Positions 15,229 to 26,126 of a stretch of 31,271 nucleotides of DNA are shown piece after piece. The first letter of the stretch is position 1. Every line of letters starts with the position of its first letter. The translations under genes and the position numbers were made by a program. The notes beneath the pieces are model-generated. The model ran no database searches, was not told the DNA's origin, and saw only the letters and a list, made by a program, of their open reading frames with translations. Source of the stretch: Bacteroidales bacterium (GTDB lineage Bacteria; Bacteroidota; Bacteroidia; Bacteroidales; JAADJA01); the NCBI GenBank assembly GCA_030635465.1, contig DAOVYU010000001.1:1-31271 (forward strand). Reading direction: 5' to 3'.

Positions 15229-17216
15229 TACCCCACTATGTTATCACCTCCGGATATAATTCCTGGTAATTCAGCTGCTTCACTTTGTGGGACCTCTTGA
15301 GTCAACAAGTCAAATAACGTTCCTGATTTGGCCTGTATTGACTTGATATGATACAAATTAGTATCACCCAATGGTCCATCAACTTCAATTTCATCATTTT
15401 TGGTATATGCAACCCCGTCAAGAGTTAATACCTCACATGAAAGGGCTATCAATGCCTTTATCATCATTCCTGTGGCTATAGGTTCAAATTCGAATTCTTT
15501 TAACTCATATATTTTTGAATCCAGTAAAATGGTCCTTGTATCGCCTCGATTCACTTCACTTGGATCAATCTTATCGGCACCTTGTTTTATCAATTTCAAT
15601 CGCATTATGTGTTCGATTCCTGTTGAATAATTGATTTTTGTATTTCTTAAATTTTTATACTTCATTTCAAGAGTGCCGGTTTGTCTCGTCTTAACATTTA
15701 TACCTTCACTTATGAATGTAACAGTATCGAAATTACTGTCAGTTTCTACAATTTCAACACTGATATTCTGGTCTACATAAACACCCATATCAATATTGAA
15801 TTCATATTCATCATAATTTTCTTTGTTATAAACAGATGAAACAACTTTGACGGTATCCGGATCCGTAAAAGGATTCACAATAACTAATACCTCAGCTTTT
15901 TTATCTTCATCAAAAATAATCTGTTCAATTACAAACCATGTACCATCAAAACTTACCCATCCGCCTATTTTACCCCAAAATGGCAGATTCCCATTCAAAG
16001 CATAATCACCCGTTTCTAATCCGGTAGTGTAATCATATATCTTCCCTGTTTGGAAATAGATTCCTGTTTTACCGAATCCAACATCGTAAAGTATACCGTC
16101 TCTTTTATCATTTTGATTCAAGTAAGCTACTGTTTTAACTACCGGTATGACATCTTCGGTTTCATCTTCCTTGATCACTTTTGCGGTAATAGTTTCATAA
16201 TTAGATCGAAGTTGAGTTGTTACTTTGTTATCGCATGCCTGGAATAATTGTATTGTTTTTTCTGGTAGATCAACATCTTCCTGACAACTCAGTGTGTTAT
16301 CATCATTTTTATATTCACCACAATCACCGAATGTTGTTTCTCTTATGTATCGAATACTGTTTTCTTTTGCTGGTAATTCAGCATTTGGAATTGATACCCC
16401 AACAAAACCACCTTCAAAATCAGCTACACTAAAATCCTTTGTAAATGAACAACCCAAATCATCTTTGACATACATGGTATAATCACCGGTAGCAATACCA
16501 GGAAATACATTTGAAGTTTGATAGGTAATATCATCTAACGAATATTCTAATGTCAACCCTTGTATATTCGTAATCAAAACAGTTACAGTTGCGCCATCAG
16601 GTGAATTTAACACGTTAATGATCGTATTATCAACAGATAAGAATTGGGGTAAGCTAAAAGTTTCTGAATCGGTATTGTCGTCTGCATCTTTAACAATCAA
16701 ACTCAAATCAATATTGCGTACAGAATCATAATCGAATGGATTGTCGGCATTTGCTTCCTCCCCAGACCCTTTGTCTATAAAAACAGCCAAACGGCTTGTA
16801 GTGACGTTTATTTTAACGTTATTGCATGGATCAGTGTCTGCTTCACTGAATGAAATATCATCAATGGTAATGGCTTCTGTTTCAGTTTCATTAAAAACAT
16901 CAACGGTAATTCTCCCGGAACTGGTATTGATTTCTTCACTAAATACCATATTGGATTGTGTCGCTGTAATAGTTACTACATTCAAATTGAAAGTTATCAC
17001 ATACAAACTTGTGGCATTATAATCCAACCCCACGGCATCTTGATAAAAGAACGCACAATTGTTCAGATCACTACCGATAGTTGTCAAAAAATGCCCTAAT
17101 CTCAATTCAACAAATTCTTCATCAAGATTTGTAGCATTTAAACTATCACCTATTACCAAATTATCACTGACATTTGGTATTGATACGAACGTTATTTCTA
17201 TATAACTTTTAGCCAT
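15225..17216 (-). CDS. Tail structural protein (663 aa) with a SprB-like Ig repeat
   Basis: Acidic, beta-rich; LEYSLDDITYQTSNVFPGIATGDYTMYVKDDLGCS. Confidence 0.65.
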   Translation of the reverse strand: MAKSYIEITFVSIPNVSDNLVIGDSLNATNLDEEFVELRLGHFLTTIGSDLNNCAFFYQDAVGLDYNATSLYVITFNLNVVTITATQSNMVFSEEINTSSGRITVDVFNETETEAITIDDISFSEADTDPCNNVKINVTTSRLAVFIDKGSGEEANADNPFDYDSVRNIDLSLIVKDADDNTDSETFSLPQFLSVDNTIINVLNSPDGATVTVLITNIQGLTLEYSLDDITYQTSNVFPGIATGDYTMYVKDDLGCSFTKDFSVADFEGGFVGVSIPNAELPAKENSIRYIRETTFGDCGEYKNDDNTLSCQEDVDLPEKTIQLFQACDNKVTTQLRSNYETITAKVIKEDETEDVIPVVKTVAYLNQNDKRDGILYDVGFGKTGIYFQTGKIYDYTTGLETGDYALNGNLPFWGKIGGWVSFDGTWFVIEQIIFDEDKKAEVLVIVNPFTDPDTVKVVSSVYNKENYDEYEFNIDMGVYVDQNISVEIVETDSNFDTVTFISEGINVKTRQTGTLEMKYKNLRNTKINYSTGIEHIMRLKLIKQGADKIDPSEVNRGDTRTILLDSKIYELKEFEFEPIATGMMIKALIALSCEVLTLDGVAYTKNDEIEVDGPLGDTNLYHIKSIQAKSGTLFDLLTQEVPQSEAAELPGIISGGDNIVGY

Positions 17217-17217
17217 A

Positions 17218-17607
17218 TTATTTGATTTCTATTGTTGATAATTTACCATCATTGCCGATGATCACAGCGTAATCTTTAGTCCCATCAGGGGTTTTTACTA
17301 TCCCTACAGTACTATGAGATTGTAAATACACATTTACTTTGTCTTGTTTGGTTTTAATGTCTGCTTTTTCTGTTTTTTCCTGAGTGCTTAAATCCCTGAA
17401 TCTTTGTACTTTATAAATCTTTACATCGTCATCTGTTAAAGGAATTAACTCTTGATCTTCTGTAATTACAGGTACCTCAACATCCCAGTAACCTTCTTGA
17501 TTCCATAAATGTTCCATCGTTAAAAGATTAACCGATGTTTTACCAATCAAATGTCTTGTTGGTATACTTGTACTACGCCATATTTCGTTTTCTTTTTTTA
17601 CTATCAT
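17218..17607 (-). CDS. Tail-fibre-assembly-chaperone-like protein (129 aa)
   Basis: EGYWDVEVP motif resembles LGFRDIVQP of 9706-10308; C-terminal KTPDGTKDYAVIIGNDGKLST. Confidence 0.5.
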   Translation of the reverse strand: MIVKKENEIWRSTSIPTRHLIGKTSVNLLTMEHLWNQEGYWDVEVPVITEDQELIPLTDDDVKIYKVQRFRDLSTQEKTEKADIKTKQDKVNVYLQSHSTVGIVKTPDGTKDYAVIIGNDGKLSTIEIK

Positions 17608-18356
17608 AATCCAAATCTTGTTTTATAAAAATCGAAGTTTTGTTGCACTTCAGTTACATTAAATTCTTTATTGTCGTAAAAATTAAATATTGGTAATTTA
17701 CCATGTAGCACCTGACCGCCATTTAAACTGGCATTTGTATTTACTTGGCTAGTACCTCCAAAAGCAATACTATTAGTTTTTAATGTTTTATTAATATTAT
17801 TTACATATAGCTTAAAATTAGGTACACTTATTGCTGAACCTCCATTATAAGTAAATACGACCTGATACCAATTCCCCGAAGCAAAAGTACTATCATCGGT
17901 ATTCATATTAACCCATGAACCAAATTCAGTACCCGACCCAAATACAATATTATTAATGCCATAATTTACGTGTGATTGCGAAAGAAAACAAATATAAGAA
18001 AATGATGTATTCGTTTTAATCTCAAATAATGCAGGAAACCCCACAAATGTATCAAGATAAAACCATGTTTCTATTGTGAATTTAGTACTTAATGTTATGG
18101 AATAACCTGTATTCCCTAATACATCATCGTTGTTACCATCAAATGTCAATACTCCACCATTAGCAGCACTAAAGCCAACACCATTCCTTAATGTAGCATC
18201 GTAATTATTTGCAGTTAAATCAAACCAATTAGTACCACTCCCAGGATAGCTTGCAGCATTACCCGAATCAAGATTAACAGTTGCCCCTGCAACAATAACA
18301 GCTCCGTTGCCTTTTTTCTTTAACCATAATTTTTTCTTTCCTATTATATTTTTCAT
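17604..18356 (-). CDS. LamG / concanavalin-A-like lectin-domain adhesin
   Basis: LDSGNAASYPGSGTNWFDL...ATL.NG, LTFDG.ND, FTIETW, NWYQVVFTY, KLYVN, EVQQNF. Confidence 0.85.
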   Translation of the reverse strand: MKNIIGKKKLWLKKKGNGAVIVAGATVNLDSGNAASYPGSGTNWFDLTANNYDATLRNGVGFSAANGGVLTFDGNNDDVLGNTGYSITLSTKFTIETWFYLDTFVGFPALFEIKTNTSFSYICFLSQSHVNYGINNIVFGSGTEFGSWVNMNTDDSTFASGNWYQVVFTYNGGSAISVPNFKLYVNNINKTLKTNSIAFGGTSQVNTNASLNGGQVLHGKLPIFNFYDNKEFNVTEVQQNFDFYKTRFGL

Positions 18357-18889
18357 GTTGCAAGATTTTCGTTAGCAAATAAAACTGACTCACTTCCACT
18401 TGCTGAATTTTTAATAGATGCAATAATATGATTTGTAACTGCACCACTATAAGATTCTGAACTTGGAGTTTCCTCCCAATCAGGAGTGTTGAATGTTGGC
18501 ACAAAACTTCCGTCTAAATATATTTCGATAGTATTAGATTTACCCTCTACAAATCCTATATCTGAAAATACTGTATTAGCTGTCATTGTTAATATAAATA
18601 CTGCACCTAATTTACTCCAATCAATATCATAAGTGCCTGATACGTTAGCTATGATTATTTCAGAACCTTCTGCTATTTTATTATCAACATATTTTTTAGT
18701 TGCTGGTTCATAATCTTCTGTTGGTGTAAATGTTTCCGTTTGATCTTTTTGAAGTACATTTCCTGCTAACGCATTGTGCTTGGTTTTGATTTCAGTCACA
18801 TCAACAGCCCTAATTGTCTTTACTATTGGTAAACCCGATTCTTTTGCCTTTACTTTATTGTCGAATGTTATTAAATTACTTACTGCCAT
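18353..18889 (-). CDS. Short tail-fibre adaptor protein
   Basis: PATKKYVD fibre motif; C-domain IDWS....FILTMTANTVFS...EGK..I...DG. Confidence 0.65.
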   Translation of the reverse strand: MAVSNLITFDNKVKAKESGLPIVKTIRAVDVTEIKTKHNALAGNVLQKDQTETFTPTEDYEPATKKYVDNKIAEGSEIIIANVSGTYDIDWSKLGAVFILTMTANTVFSDIGFVEGKSNTIEIYLDGSFVPTFNTPDWEETPSSESYSGAVTNHIIASIKNSASGSESVLFANENLAT

Positions 18890-18892
18890 ATC

Positions 18893-21208
18893 TTAGTATA
18901 ATTCATTATCTAATACGTTATCCAATCCTTTTGATACATCTACAATACCAATAGGTTTTATCGTTTCACTGAGCGGTAAATTCGCTCTTCTTAATTTCCA
19001 TTTACCAGTTTCTTCAACTACTAAATTGTCAAAAAATCCTTTTTCTATTAGCCCATTCTCATTTTTAAATTCAATGATGCCTTGCAGATTTGGGATCTCT
19101 TTCCCTTGAACTATTGTTTTACCTTTAATCAGTTGCTTTAGATCATAGTCTACAGGAAACTCAAATTCTACATATTGATTTGTAAAAAGAGCAGTATCAA
19201 ATTGATCATTCTTAATATCTCCCGATTCATCAAATAATACCCCGTTTTGAATAGCTTTTAGTTTGTCATTTGCGCTCGATCCCCCATACCTGACAAATTC
19301 GTATGGGTACCGTATAAAGCTTGAAGAAATAACCGACCCGTGATTGCGTAGCATTTGGGTTTGTGTCAATCTTAAATTAGTAGCACTATCCGGACTATAG
19401 ATACCCGTTGGCTGTTCATCAAAGTCATCTTGCCAAAAACGTTCTTCAAATACCCCTGTATCTGGGTCACTTCGTTTTGCGTCTTTTACAAATATTTTCT
19501 TATCCCGTTTGGTATCAGTGGTACCAAATCCTGACTTCTGTTTTCGCCTGGTTAATTCTTCACCTAATGAATCCCGTCCATATTTACAAATTATTTCATA
19601 AGTGTTTTGTAGAATGTCCAGACATGTTGCAAAAGAACTTTTACCATTGTACTCATCAAGACCCATTACTTCATCATATTCTTCACCCTGTTGAGAACCT
19701 ACATCGACAGTCGAATAATATTGGTCAACTATTTTAGTTCTGTTTACATTTTTAACTTTAACATACTCAAAAACACCATTCTCATTGATTGTCCCCAAAC
19801 GTATAGTAGTATTCCGATTATAGAAATATGATTTTTTCTCAACAATAACCTTTTCAATCCCAACCCTTTTTTCAATTCCATAACCTAAATTTTTAAGGGC
19901 TGTATATGATTTTATGTAATCATTCCATGAAGTAGTTATTCCTTTATAACGTTCATCGCCTTGAGCAAATCCACGAATCCAGAATCCATGATAAGCAGGT
20001 ATTAATGATGAATCACCATCTGCATCATAACCGATATCTGTTCTTCCAAATTCATCGGATATCATCAAATCCTCTTCATCAGTGATTATCTCAAGTATTC
20101 TATTACCCATTTCAAAAGGTAGTAAACAGTTCGTTTGAGTAGCATCTATATTGCTGTCTTGCTGTACATCAATACTACATTCCACATTATTGAAATTCAC
20201 TTTTAAATCGCCATCATAATCAATAAATAAAATGGTGCCTCCAAATTTTGCTTGCCCATACCATCGTAATGATAAACTTTCCCCTGCCTGAACATACACT
20301 AAACTTGTCCACGTAAAACTAATTACATGATTATTCATATTATAAGGGTTTGGTACAGTATATAAAGTTTGTTCACTTACATGAGTAAAATTTAAACCAT
20401 CTCCAAATTTAACTAGATCGACTCTCATAATAGCATCCCTTAAATCATCTACCTTTATAACTTCAATAGTCGCTGTCATTGAAATAGTAAGATTTATTAT
20501 TTTAGTTATATCATTATTTTTATAAAACATTGTACTGGCAGAACCAACACCGACATCTGTGGTAAAAATATTCTTAAATGTAGATGTAATTCTTTCATCA
20601 GATGAATATGTTATTGTAGTCGGTACTCCCAATGATCCAAATCTTGTATTCCCACCTTGAAAATTCATTCTGAAAGCATCACTGTTACGATTGGCATCGG
20701 TAGTTTCTAGCAATGATTGTAAAAATATTTTTCTTCCGGATAATGCTAACCTTTTTAACACCAAAGGATCCATTGCATTACCATTCAAAGTCGTCAATCT
20801 CTCCAATTCTATTTGTTGGTTTAACCTTGACTTCATTACTTGCCCTATCCCACTTATATTAAGTTTTAGAGTCACATAAGTTTCAGCTATTTCCAGGGTA
20901 CTAAAATCCAAAAATCCTTCCTCATCACGTTCCCAATCTCTTGTTTCGGGATTACGAATATCGATCAGTAAGCGTAATCTCGCTTTAATATCATAATACT
21001 CATCAATCAATAAAATGAAAGCCTTGGCATTACCCACAAATTTTATCTCACGGCTTTGATTGAAAACAATTCCATCACTTTTTTTATGCCTGGAATACTC
21101 AAATCTAATCACATCATATTCTACCGGCTCATCTATAACCAAAGGAGTGTATGCGTTATGTTGTAACGTAAATCTGTGAGTATCGGTATATTCTAATAAT
21201 AAACTCAT
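18893..21208 (-). CDS. Tail tip / baseplate-hub-type protein (771 aa)
   Basis: Directly after the TMP; size and composition only. Confidence 0.6.
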   Translation of the reverse strand: MSLLLEYTDTHRFTLQHNAYTPLVIDEPVEYDVIRFEYSRHKKSDGIVFNQSREIKFVGNAKAFILLIDEYYDIKARLRLLIDIRNPETRDWERDEEGFLDFSTLEIAETYVTLKLNISGIGQVMKSRLNQQIELERLTTLNGNAMDPLVLKRLALSGRKIFLQSLLETTDANRNSDAFRMNFQGGNTRFGSLGVPTTITYSSDERITSTFKNIFTTDVGVGSASTMFYKNNDITKIINLTISMTATIEVIKVDDLRDAIMRVDLVKFGDGLNFTHVSEQTLYTVPNPYNMNNHVISFTWTSLVYVQAGESLSLRWYGQAKFGGTILFIDYDGDLKVNFNNVECSIDVQQDSNIDATQTNCLLPFEMGNRILEIITDEEDLMISDEFGRTDIGYDADGDSSLIPAYHGFWIRGFAQGDERYKGITTSWNDYIKSYTALKNLGYGIEKRVGIEKVIVEKKSYFYNRNTTIRLGTINENGVFEYVKVKNVNRTKIVDQYYSTVDVGSQQGEEYDEVMGLDEYNGKSSFATCLDILQNTYEIICKYGRDSLGEELTRRKQKSGFGTTDTKRDKKIFVKDAKRSDPDTGVFEERFWQDDFDEQPTGIYSPDSATNLRLTQTQMLRNHGSVISSSFIRYPYEFVRYGGSSANDKLKAIQNGVLFDESGDIKNDQFDTALFTNQYVEFEFPVDYDLKQLIKGKTIVQGKEIPNLQGIIEFKNENGLIEKGFFDNLVVEETGKWKLRRANLPLSETIKPIGIVDVSKGLDNVLDNELY

Positions 21209-24200
21209 TTAATCCCAATTAAGATTGTTATATCTGAATAATTCATGATTTATATCCGGTGGTGGTGTCTGATTATTGGTAACACTCAATTTTAATTTTT
21301 CAATTGATGACCTTGTTTTTCTTTGCTCGTTAATCATTGACATATAAGCGTCAAACGTTTCTCCTGATTCATGTATGCTTAAATTCCTGTCCTGTATCTC
21401 GAAATTAGCCATGATTGCAGCCGTTTTTACTTTCTCATATTCATCAACACTGGTATGAACTGTAGTACCTCTTGCTAAATTCAATACAGATGGCCTGTCA
21501 ACTATGTAAGGATTCTTATTTGGTTCTTCAATAACTTCCGGTCTTTTTTCAGAAACATACGCAGGGCCACCTTTAAAACCTTCAACACCTTTTTCAAAAC
21601 GAGGTATTGGAGAAGCTAATACAGCAGCTATTTGTGCAGCACCCAAAGCTGATACAAATGCCGTCAATAATCCGGCTGATATGCCAAAATCAAACTTAGG
21701 TACCTGAGCCCAGATACTAACTATTGCTTGGGCTGTGTTAATTGCTATCTCAGTGGCAGCTATTGCCTTATTGAATTTAGCTTGGCGTACCTGTTCCTCC
21801 CGTTTTTTAGCTTCTAATTCAGTCCTTTTTTGTTCCTGTTCAGCACGTATTGCATCTTGCTGTACGGAATCACCTTCAGCTAATTCAAATTGTCGGTCAT
21901 AGAATTCATCATTAGCCTCAATTTGTTCATCTATTTTCCTGATATTAGAATCAAAAATACTTGATTGAATATCACCCAACACACTGAATGCAGCACCAAT
22001 ACCCTGCAATGCATTATCGAAACCATCAACAAAACCGGTTATTAATGTCTCTAAGTTCTGAGCATCCAAATTCAATGCAGAGGCAATAGTCTGTGATGCT
22101 TCTCTGATCTTTGTAGTTTTAAATGCTTGTAGTCGCTCTTCTGCTTCTCTTTGTGTCTCTAAATCAGCTAAAATACCATCTGTTACAGTCTGAGATAACG
22201 CTAATTTTAAAGCAGCTAATTGCTGTTCTAATGATGCACGCTGTTCGAATGACAGATTAGCACTTAACAACTCCGTTCGTACTACACCAATCTGTATTTT
22301 GATCGTTTCCTCGGCTGCCTTTCTTTTTATGTCAATGATATCCTGTTCGAATTTCGCTATAATTCTAGCTCTTTCTTCCTGAGTTAATTCCTCATTCGCT
22401 ATTTCTTCCTGGAATTGCTTTTCACGGGCTGTCAATAATTTGTTTAATGACTCAGTACGTACCGCATTTACATTATCAAGATTCTCTTTTAACTTATCGA
22501 ATTCACTCTTCAGGATTGCTTCAACTCTTTTCTGTGAATCTTTAACCAATTGTTCACGTGCTTCATTGAACTCTTCATCGATAAGCAATAATTCATCTTT
22601 GCCTCCTTTGGATGTTGCTATTGCTTGATCACGTTCTAAAACCAATAATTTATGACCTTCAAATACTGATCTTCGATGGAACTCCAATCGTTCATTTAGA
22701 GATAATTCCTCATTTTCTGAAATCTCTTCATTACTATCAATCTCATTTTTTACCCTAAATTTAGCTAATTCAAATGCATCTTTACGTAATTTCTTTTGTG
22801 CTTTTTCATTAATCTTTTTCTGCTCATTCGTTACTCTTTCCTCTTCATCAATAATAAAATCTGAATTTGTTTTTATAATTCCTCGTAATGTTTGTGCATT
22901 GATAATAGCTGATCGGATGAATCTTTTTTGACCATCCGTGAACTGTGCAGCAACATCAATCTGTTTATCAAGACTAGCAATATCATCACCCCTTGCCGAT
23001 GTCAATAACCCAATTGCAACACGTACTTTAGTTGCATTTACGCCCTGGTCCTCCAATGTTTTGCGTAAGTCATCCTCACCACGTTGTAAAGCATCTGAAG
23101 CTATATTCAACCGATCATAACCCTTAGCAAACTCACCAATATCTTTAGTCAATTTATTTACTCTTAATTCCGTTCTTTCAGCTTCATCATTGAACTCACT
23201 CAATTCTTCAGTAGCTTCTTTGGCACCCACCCCAAATGCCACAAATATAGCAGCAGCAGCAGATAATACACCTAATAAGATACCCACCGGACTTGTTTTA
23301 GTTACTATACTGAATAATTTCATCGCTTTGGTGGCTTTAGCTATTCCCCCGGCCAGTGCTATCTTAGCGAATTTCAATGCAATTATCGATGCCGTATATG
23401 CTTTGGTTAATAAAGAAACTGAAATCATAATCAATTTATACAACACGAAAGCCTTGACTACTCTAAATACAAAAGTAATAACCGGTCTAAGATTCTCAGC
23501 CAGCAATCGAATATTTTCTTTTAGTGTAACTGTAATATCATTCGCCTCATCCTCTTCCAAAATGATTCCCTGCCATGCTGATCTCAATAACTGTAATGCA
23601 CCATCCAGGGTGTCCAGTTCTTTATCTGCCATACTTTGAGCAGTTCCGGCAGACCTTTGCAGTGATTCATCCAATTCATTCGTTAAATCGATGTTATTTG
23701 ATAATACAGCAGCAGATACAGCAGCCCGTTTTCCAAATTCATCATTGGCAGCCGTTAATTTGTCTTGACTGTCTTTTATAGTTTGGAGTATCTTTCCATA
23801 ATCATCACCTTTTTTTGCAGCCTCAATAAATATATTCCTTAATGCTGTTGATGAAGTTGATACATCAATACCGGAATCCGATAGTTTACCCATCAATGCA
23901 ACTAATTTCGTAAATGGTATTCCGGCAGCATTTGCAGCACCAGCAACAATAGGTAATCCTTTTTCCAGTTTCTCAAAAGTCAATGCACTCTTAGCAGTTG
24001 CCAATGATAGTACATCTAATATTTCCGGAGCATCTATTGTACTAAAATCATCAAACGTATTAACAATAGCTCCAACCAAATTAGCTGTTTGGGCTAAGTT
24101 AGCATTCAAAGCAATAGACCCCTGAATTGTAGCTTCGGTAAGATCAATAATCTCGGATTGGCTGAACCCTAAACGGGCATAAGCAATTTGTAATTCTGTG

Positions 24201-25060
24201 ACCTCACTGGCTGTTTTAACAGTAATGGCACCCAAACGCTTGGAATCATCTGTAAGTCCCTGCATCTGGTCCCTATTGACCTGTAGGATGCCTGATAACG
24301 TTGCATTTTGCTTTTCAAAATCCTTCATTATCTTGATGCTGTTCTTGAATACCTGTATGAAGGCAAATATACCACCGGTAAATCCTAAAGCAGATGTAAA
24401 TGTTCTTAGTGCTCCGGTGGCTGCCCGTAATTGTTGTGGGTAATTACCTACATTCTCCTGGAATTGACCTGTAGCTGTACGTATTTTAATGACTGCTGCA
24501 CCATATTTTTTCATTGCAGCAGTTGATTGAATCAATTCGGATTGTTCTTTATCACTCAATCTATTCCCTAAAGCTCTTTTAGCATTTAAATTCTGTACGC
24601 TTTCCCTGGCACGGTTCCTTAATCCAGTCAAACGACCCATGGCCGTTAAGTTCTGTTTTAATTCCAAAGTACTTTTACGTAGGCTTTCACGCTCTGATAT
24701 CAATGCTCTACTCGTACCCTCAGTAACTAACAGGTTTCTTCTTTTTGTGGAGATTAGATTTTTCTCAATTTGATTTTGCTCTTTCCAAACTACCTGGTTA
24801 TTTTTTAATGCTTTGTTTTGGTTAGCTAGTGCGGTACTGGCTTTTTTACTCGTCTCTGTAATCTTTTTTTGTGTTTCAACGAATTGTTTTTGTGTAGTTA
24901 CATTTGCCAGTTGTTTGTAGACTTCGAATAAGGACAATGCAGATTTCTTCAATGCCTCATTAGCATCGATGGCCACCTTTACATTTTTAGCGTACTTCCC
25001 TCCCCACTTTAGGGCCTCATCGGTGATTACTTCTTTCCTGGTAATTGTTCCGCTTGCCAT
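21209..25060 (-). CDS. Tape measure protein (TP901-like core)
   Basis: 1283 aa, Ala-rich helical; ELQIAYARLGFSQSEI motif, hydrophobic central segment, long coiled coil. Confidence 0.95.
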   Translation of the reverse strand: MASGTITRKEVITDEALKWGGKYAKNVKVAIDANEALKKSALSLFEVYKQLANVTTQKQFVETQKKITETSKKASTALANQNKALKNNQVVWKEQNQIEKNLISTKRRNLLVTEGTSRALISERESLRKSTLELKQNLTAMGRLTGLRNRARESVQNLNAKRALGNRLSDKEQSELIQSTAAMKKYGAAVIKIRTATGQFQENVGNYPQQLRAATGALRTFTSALGFTGGIFAFIQVFKNSIKIMKDFEKQNATLSGILQVNRDQMQGLTDDSKRLGAITVKTASEVTELQIAYARLGFSQSEIIDLTEATIQGSIALNANLAQTANLVGAIVNTFDDFSTIDAPEILDVLSLATAKSALTFEKLEKGLPIVAGAANAAGIPFTKLVALMGKLSDSGIDVSTSSTALRNIFIEAAKKGDDYGKILQTIKDSQDKLTAANDEFGKRAAVSAAVLSNNIDLTNELDESLQRSAGTAQSMADKELDTLDGALQLLRSAWQGIILEEDEANDITVTLKENIRLLAENLRPVITFVFRVVKAFVLYKLIMISVSLLTKAYTASIIALKFAKIALAGGIAKATKAMKLFSIVTKTSPVGILLGVLSAAAAIFVAFGVGAKEATEELSEFNDEAERTELRVNKLTKDIGEFAKGYDRLNIASDALQRGEDDLRKTLEDQGVNATKVRVAIGLLTSARGDDIASLDKQIDVAAQFTDGQKRFIRSAIINAQTLRGIIKTNSDFIIDEEERVTNEQKKINEKAQKKLRKDAFELAKFRVKNEIDSNEEISENEELSLNERLEFHRRSVFEGHKLLVLERDQAIATSKGGKDELLLIDEEFNEAREQLVKDSQKRVEAILKSEFDKLKENLDNVNAVRTESLNKLLTAREKQFQEEIANEELTQEERARIIAKFEQDIIDIKRKAAEETIKIQIGVVRTELLSANLSFEQRASLEQQLAALKLALSQTVTDGILADLETQREAEERLQAFKTTKIREASQTIASALNLDAQNLETLITGFVDGFDNALQGIGAAFSVLGDIQSSIFDSNIRKIDEQIEANDEFYDRQFELAEGDSVQQDAIRAEQEQKRTELEAKKREEQVRQAKFNKAIAATEIAINTAQAIVSIWAQVPKFDFGISAGLLTAFVSALGAAQIAAVLASPIPRFEKGVEGFKGGPAYVSEKRPEVIEEPNKNPYIVDRPSVLNLARGTTVHTSVDEYEKVKTAAIMANFEIQDRNLSIHESGETFDAYMSMINEQRKTRSSIEKLKLSVTNNQTPPPDINHELFRYNNLNWD

Positions 25061-25653
25061 TATCTACGTTTGTTTTTATTCTTAATCTTTGAATTTACCT
25101 CTTCCAATGCTTTCATTTTTTGTTCAGCAATATTTTTCAATGCATCGAATTGAATTGGACTGATCACATTTGTATCGTACATCAATCCGGTAATTGCACA
25201 ATATCCTAATATCACCCTATCAATAGTACTGGTCTTATCGCTTTTCTCGTATTTTGGTAATCGCTGTTCCAATCTTGCTATTTTAATCAATATCGATTCT
25301 GATTCACGGTCAATGTTATCCAAATCCTGATTGAAATTCTGCTCAGTTAATTTATACCGATAGGACCTGATCATATTTTCAAGATCAATATCCCGGTCAA
25401 ATCTTAATGCACTAATACCAATTTTTATAGAATTATATTTAGCTTTTAATGTTTCGATCCTTACAGATACATCGAATAATTTTTTCTCATTACCATCCGG
25501 TATTCGTTCATCATACTCATCTTTTAAATGGTTCCAAATCTCTTTTAATGTGCTCTCCGGAGTCTTTTCATTAGACAATAAATGTATCTCACCGGTCTGT
25601 CTGATCCGTAAGAATAATTTTAATGGTATTATGTCTAATGTATCATATATCAC
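25060..25653 (-). CDS. Pre-TMP protein, probable tail assembly chaperone
   Basis: Position immediately upstream of the TMP; helical and charged. Confidence 0.5.
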   Translation of the reverse strand: MIYDTLDIIPLKLFLRIRQTGEIHLLSNEKTPESTLKEIWNHLKDEYDERIPDGNEKKLFDVSVRIETLKAKYNSIKIGISALRFDRDIDLENMIRSYRYKLTEQNFNQDLDNIDRESESILIKIARLEQRLPKYEKSDKTSTIDRVILGYCAITGLMYDTNVISPIQFDALKNIAEQKMKALEEVNSKIKNKNKRR

Positions 25654-26126
25654 AATCCTAATTGTTTTCTTGCTGATTGTTGGTAGAATGGTAGTATTCT
25701 TTCTTTGATAACTTTATTCAGATTTGTATCAGTAATCCCAAAAATATCTTTACTCAATAAACTTGGGTTATCCAATATGTCATCTGTTTTTGGATCCGAT
25801 GCTCCAAAGGTTACAAAATCTCTTGATACAGTGGCAAATATGCTTGGTAAGAACACATTGGTATCTTTTAAGTCAAATGGTTCCCCTTCTCTTTTGATAC
25901 GGCCTGACCCACCTAATAATGCTTGCTGTGTTGTCAGTTTTTCGGTACCCTGGGAATAAAACCCCAAGGCATTGCCGAAAATATCTGAACTAAATTGAAA
26001 AATCTGATCCCGGTTTAAATCCGCTAACTGCTTTTCAATCGATCGTATAAAATTAAATAGTATGTTTATCTGACTTTGTGGTGTTACTGTCCTAGCTTTA
26101 TTTAGCTGTTGTTTTAGAGTTGCCAC
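25650..26126 (-). CDS. Virion morphogenesis / neck-like protein (GTG start)
   Basis: G.Y...T...K..EG.P.DL.DT..F pattern; position between the MTP and TMP genes. Confidence 0.5.
   Translation of the reverse strand: MATLKQQLNKARTVTPQSQINILFNFIRSIEKQLADLNRDQIFQFSSDIFGNALGFYSQGTEKLTTQQALLGGSGRIKREGEPFDLKDTNVFLPSIFATVSRDFVTFGASDPKTDDILDNPSLLSKDIFGITDTNLNKVIKERILPFYQQSARKQLGL

Noticed and set aside
9706-18889. Diversity-generating retroelement or invertible fibre cassette
   Set aside because: No reverse transcriptase, no invertase, and no near-identical TR/VR or inverted repeat pair seen; the similarity between triads is at protein-motif level only
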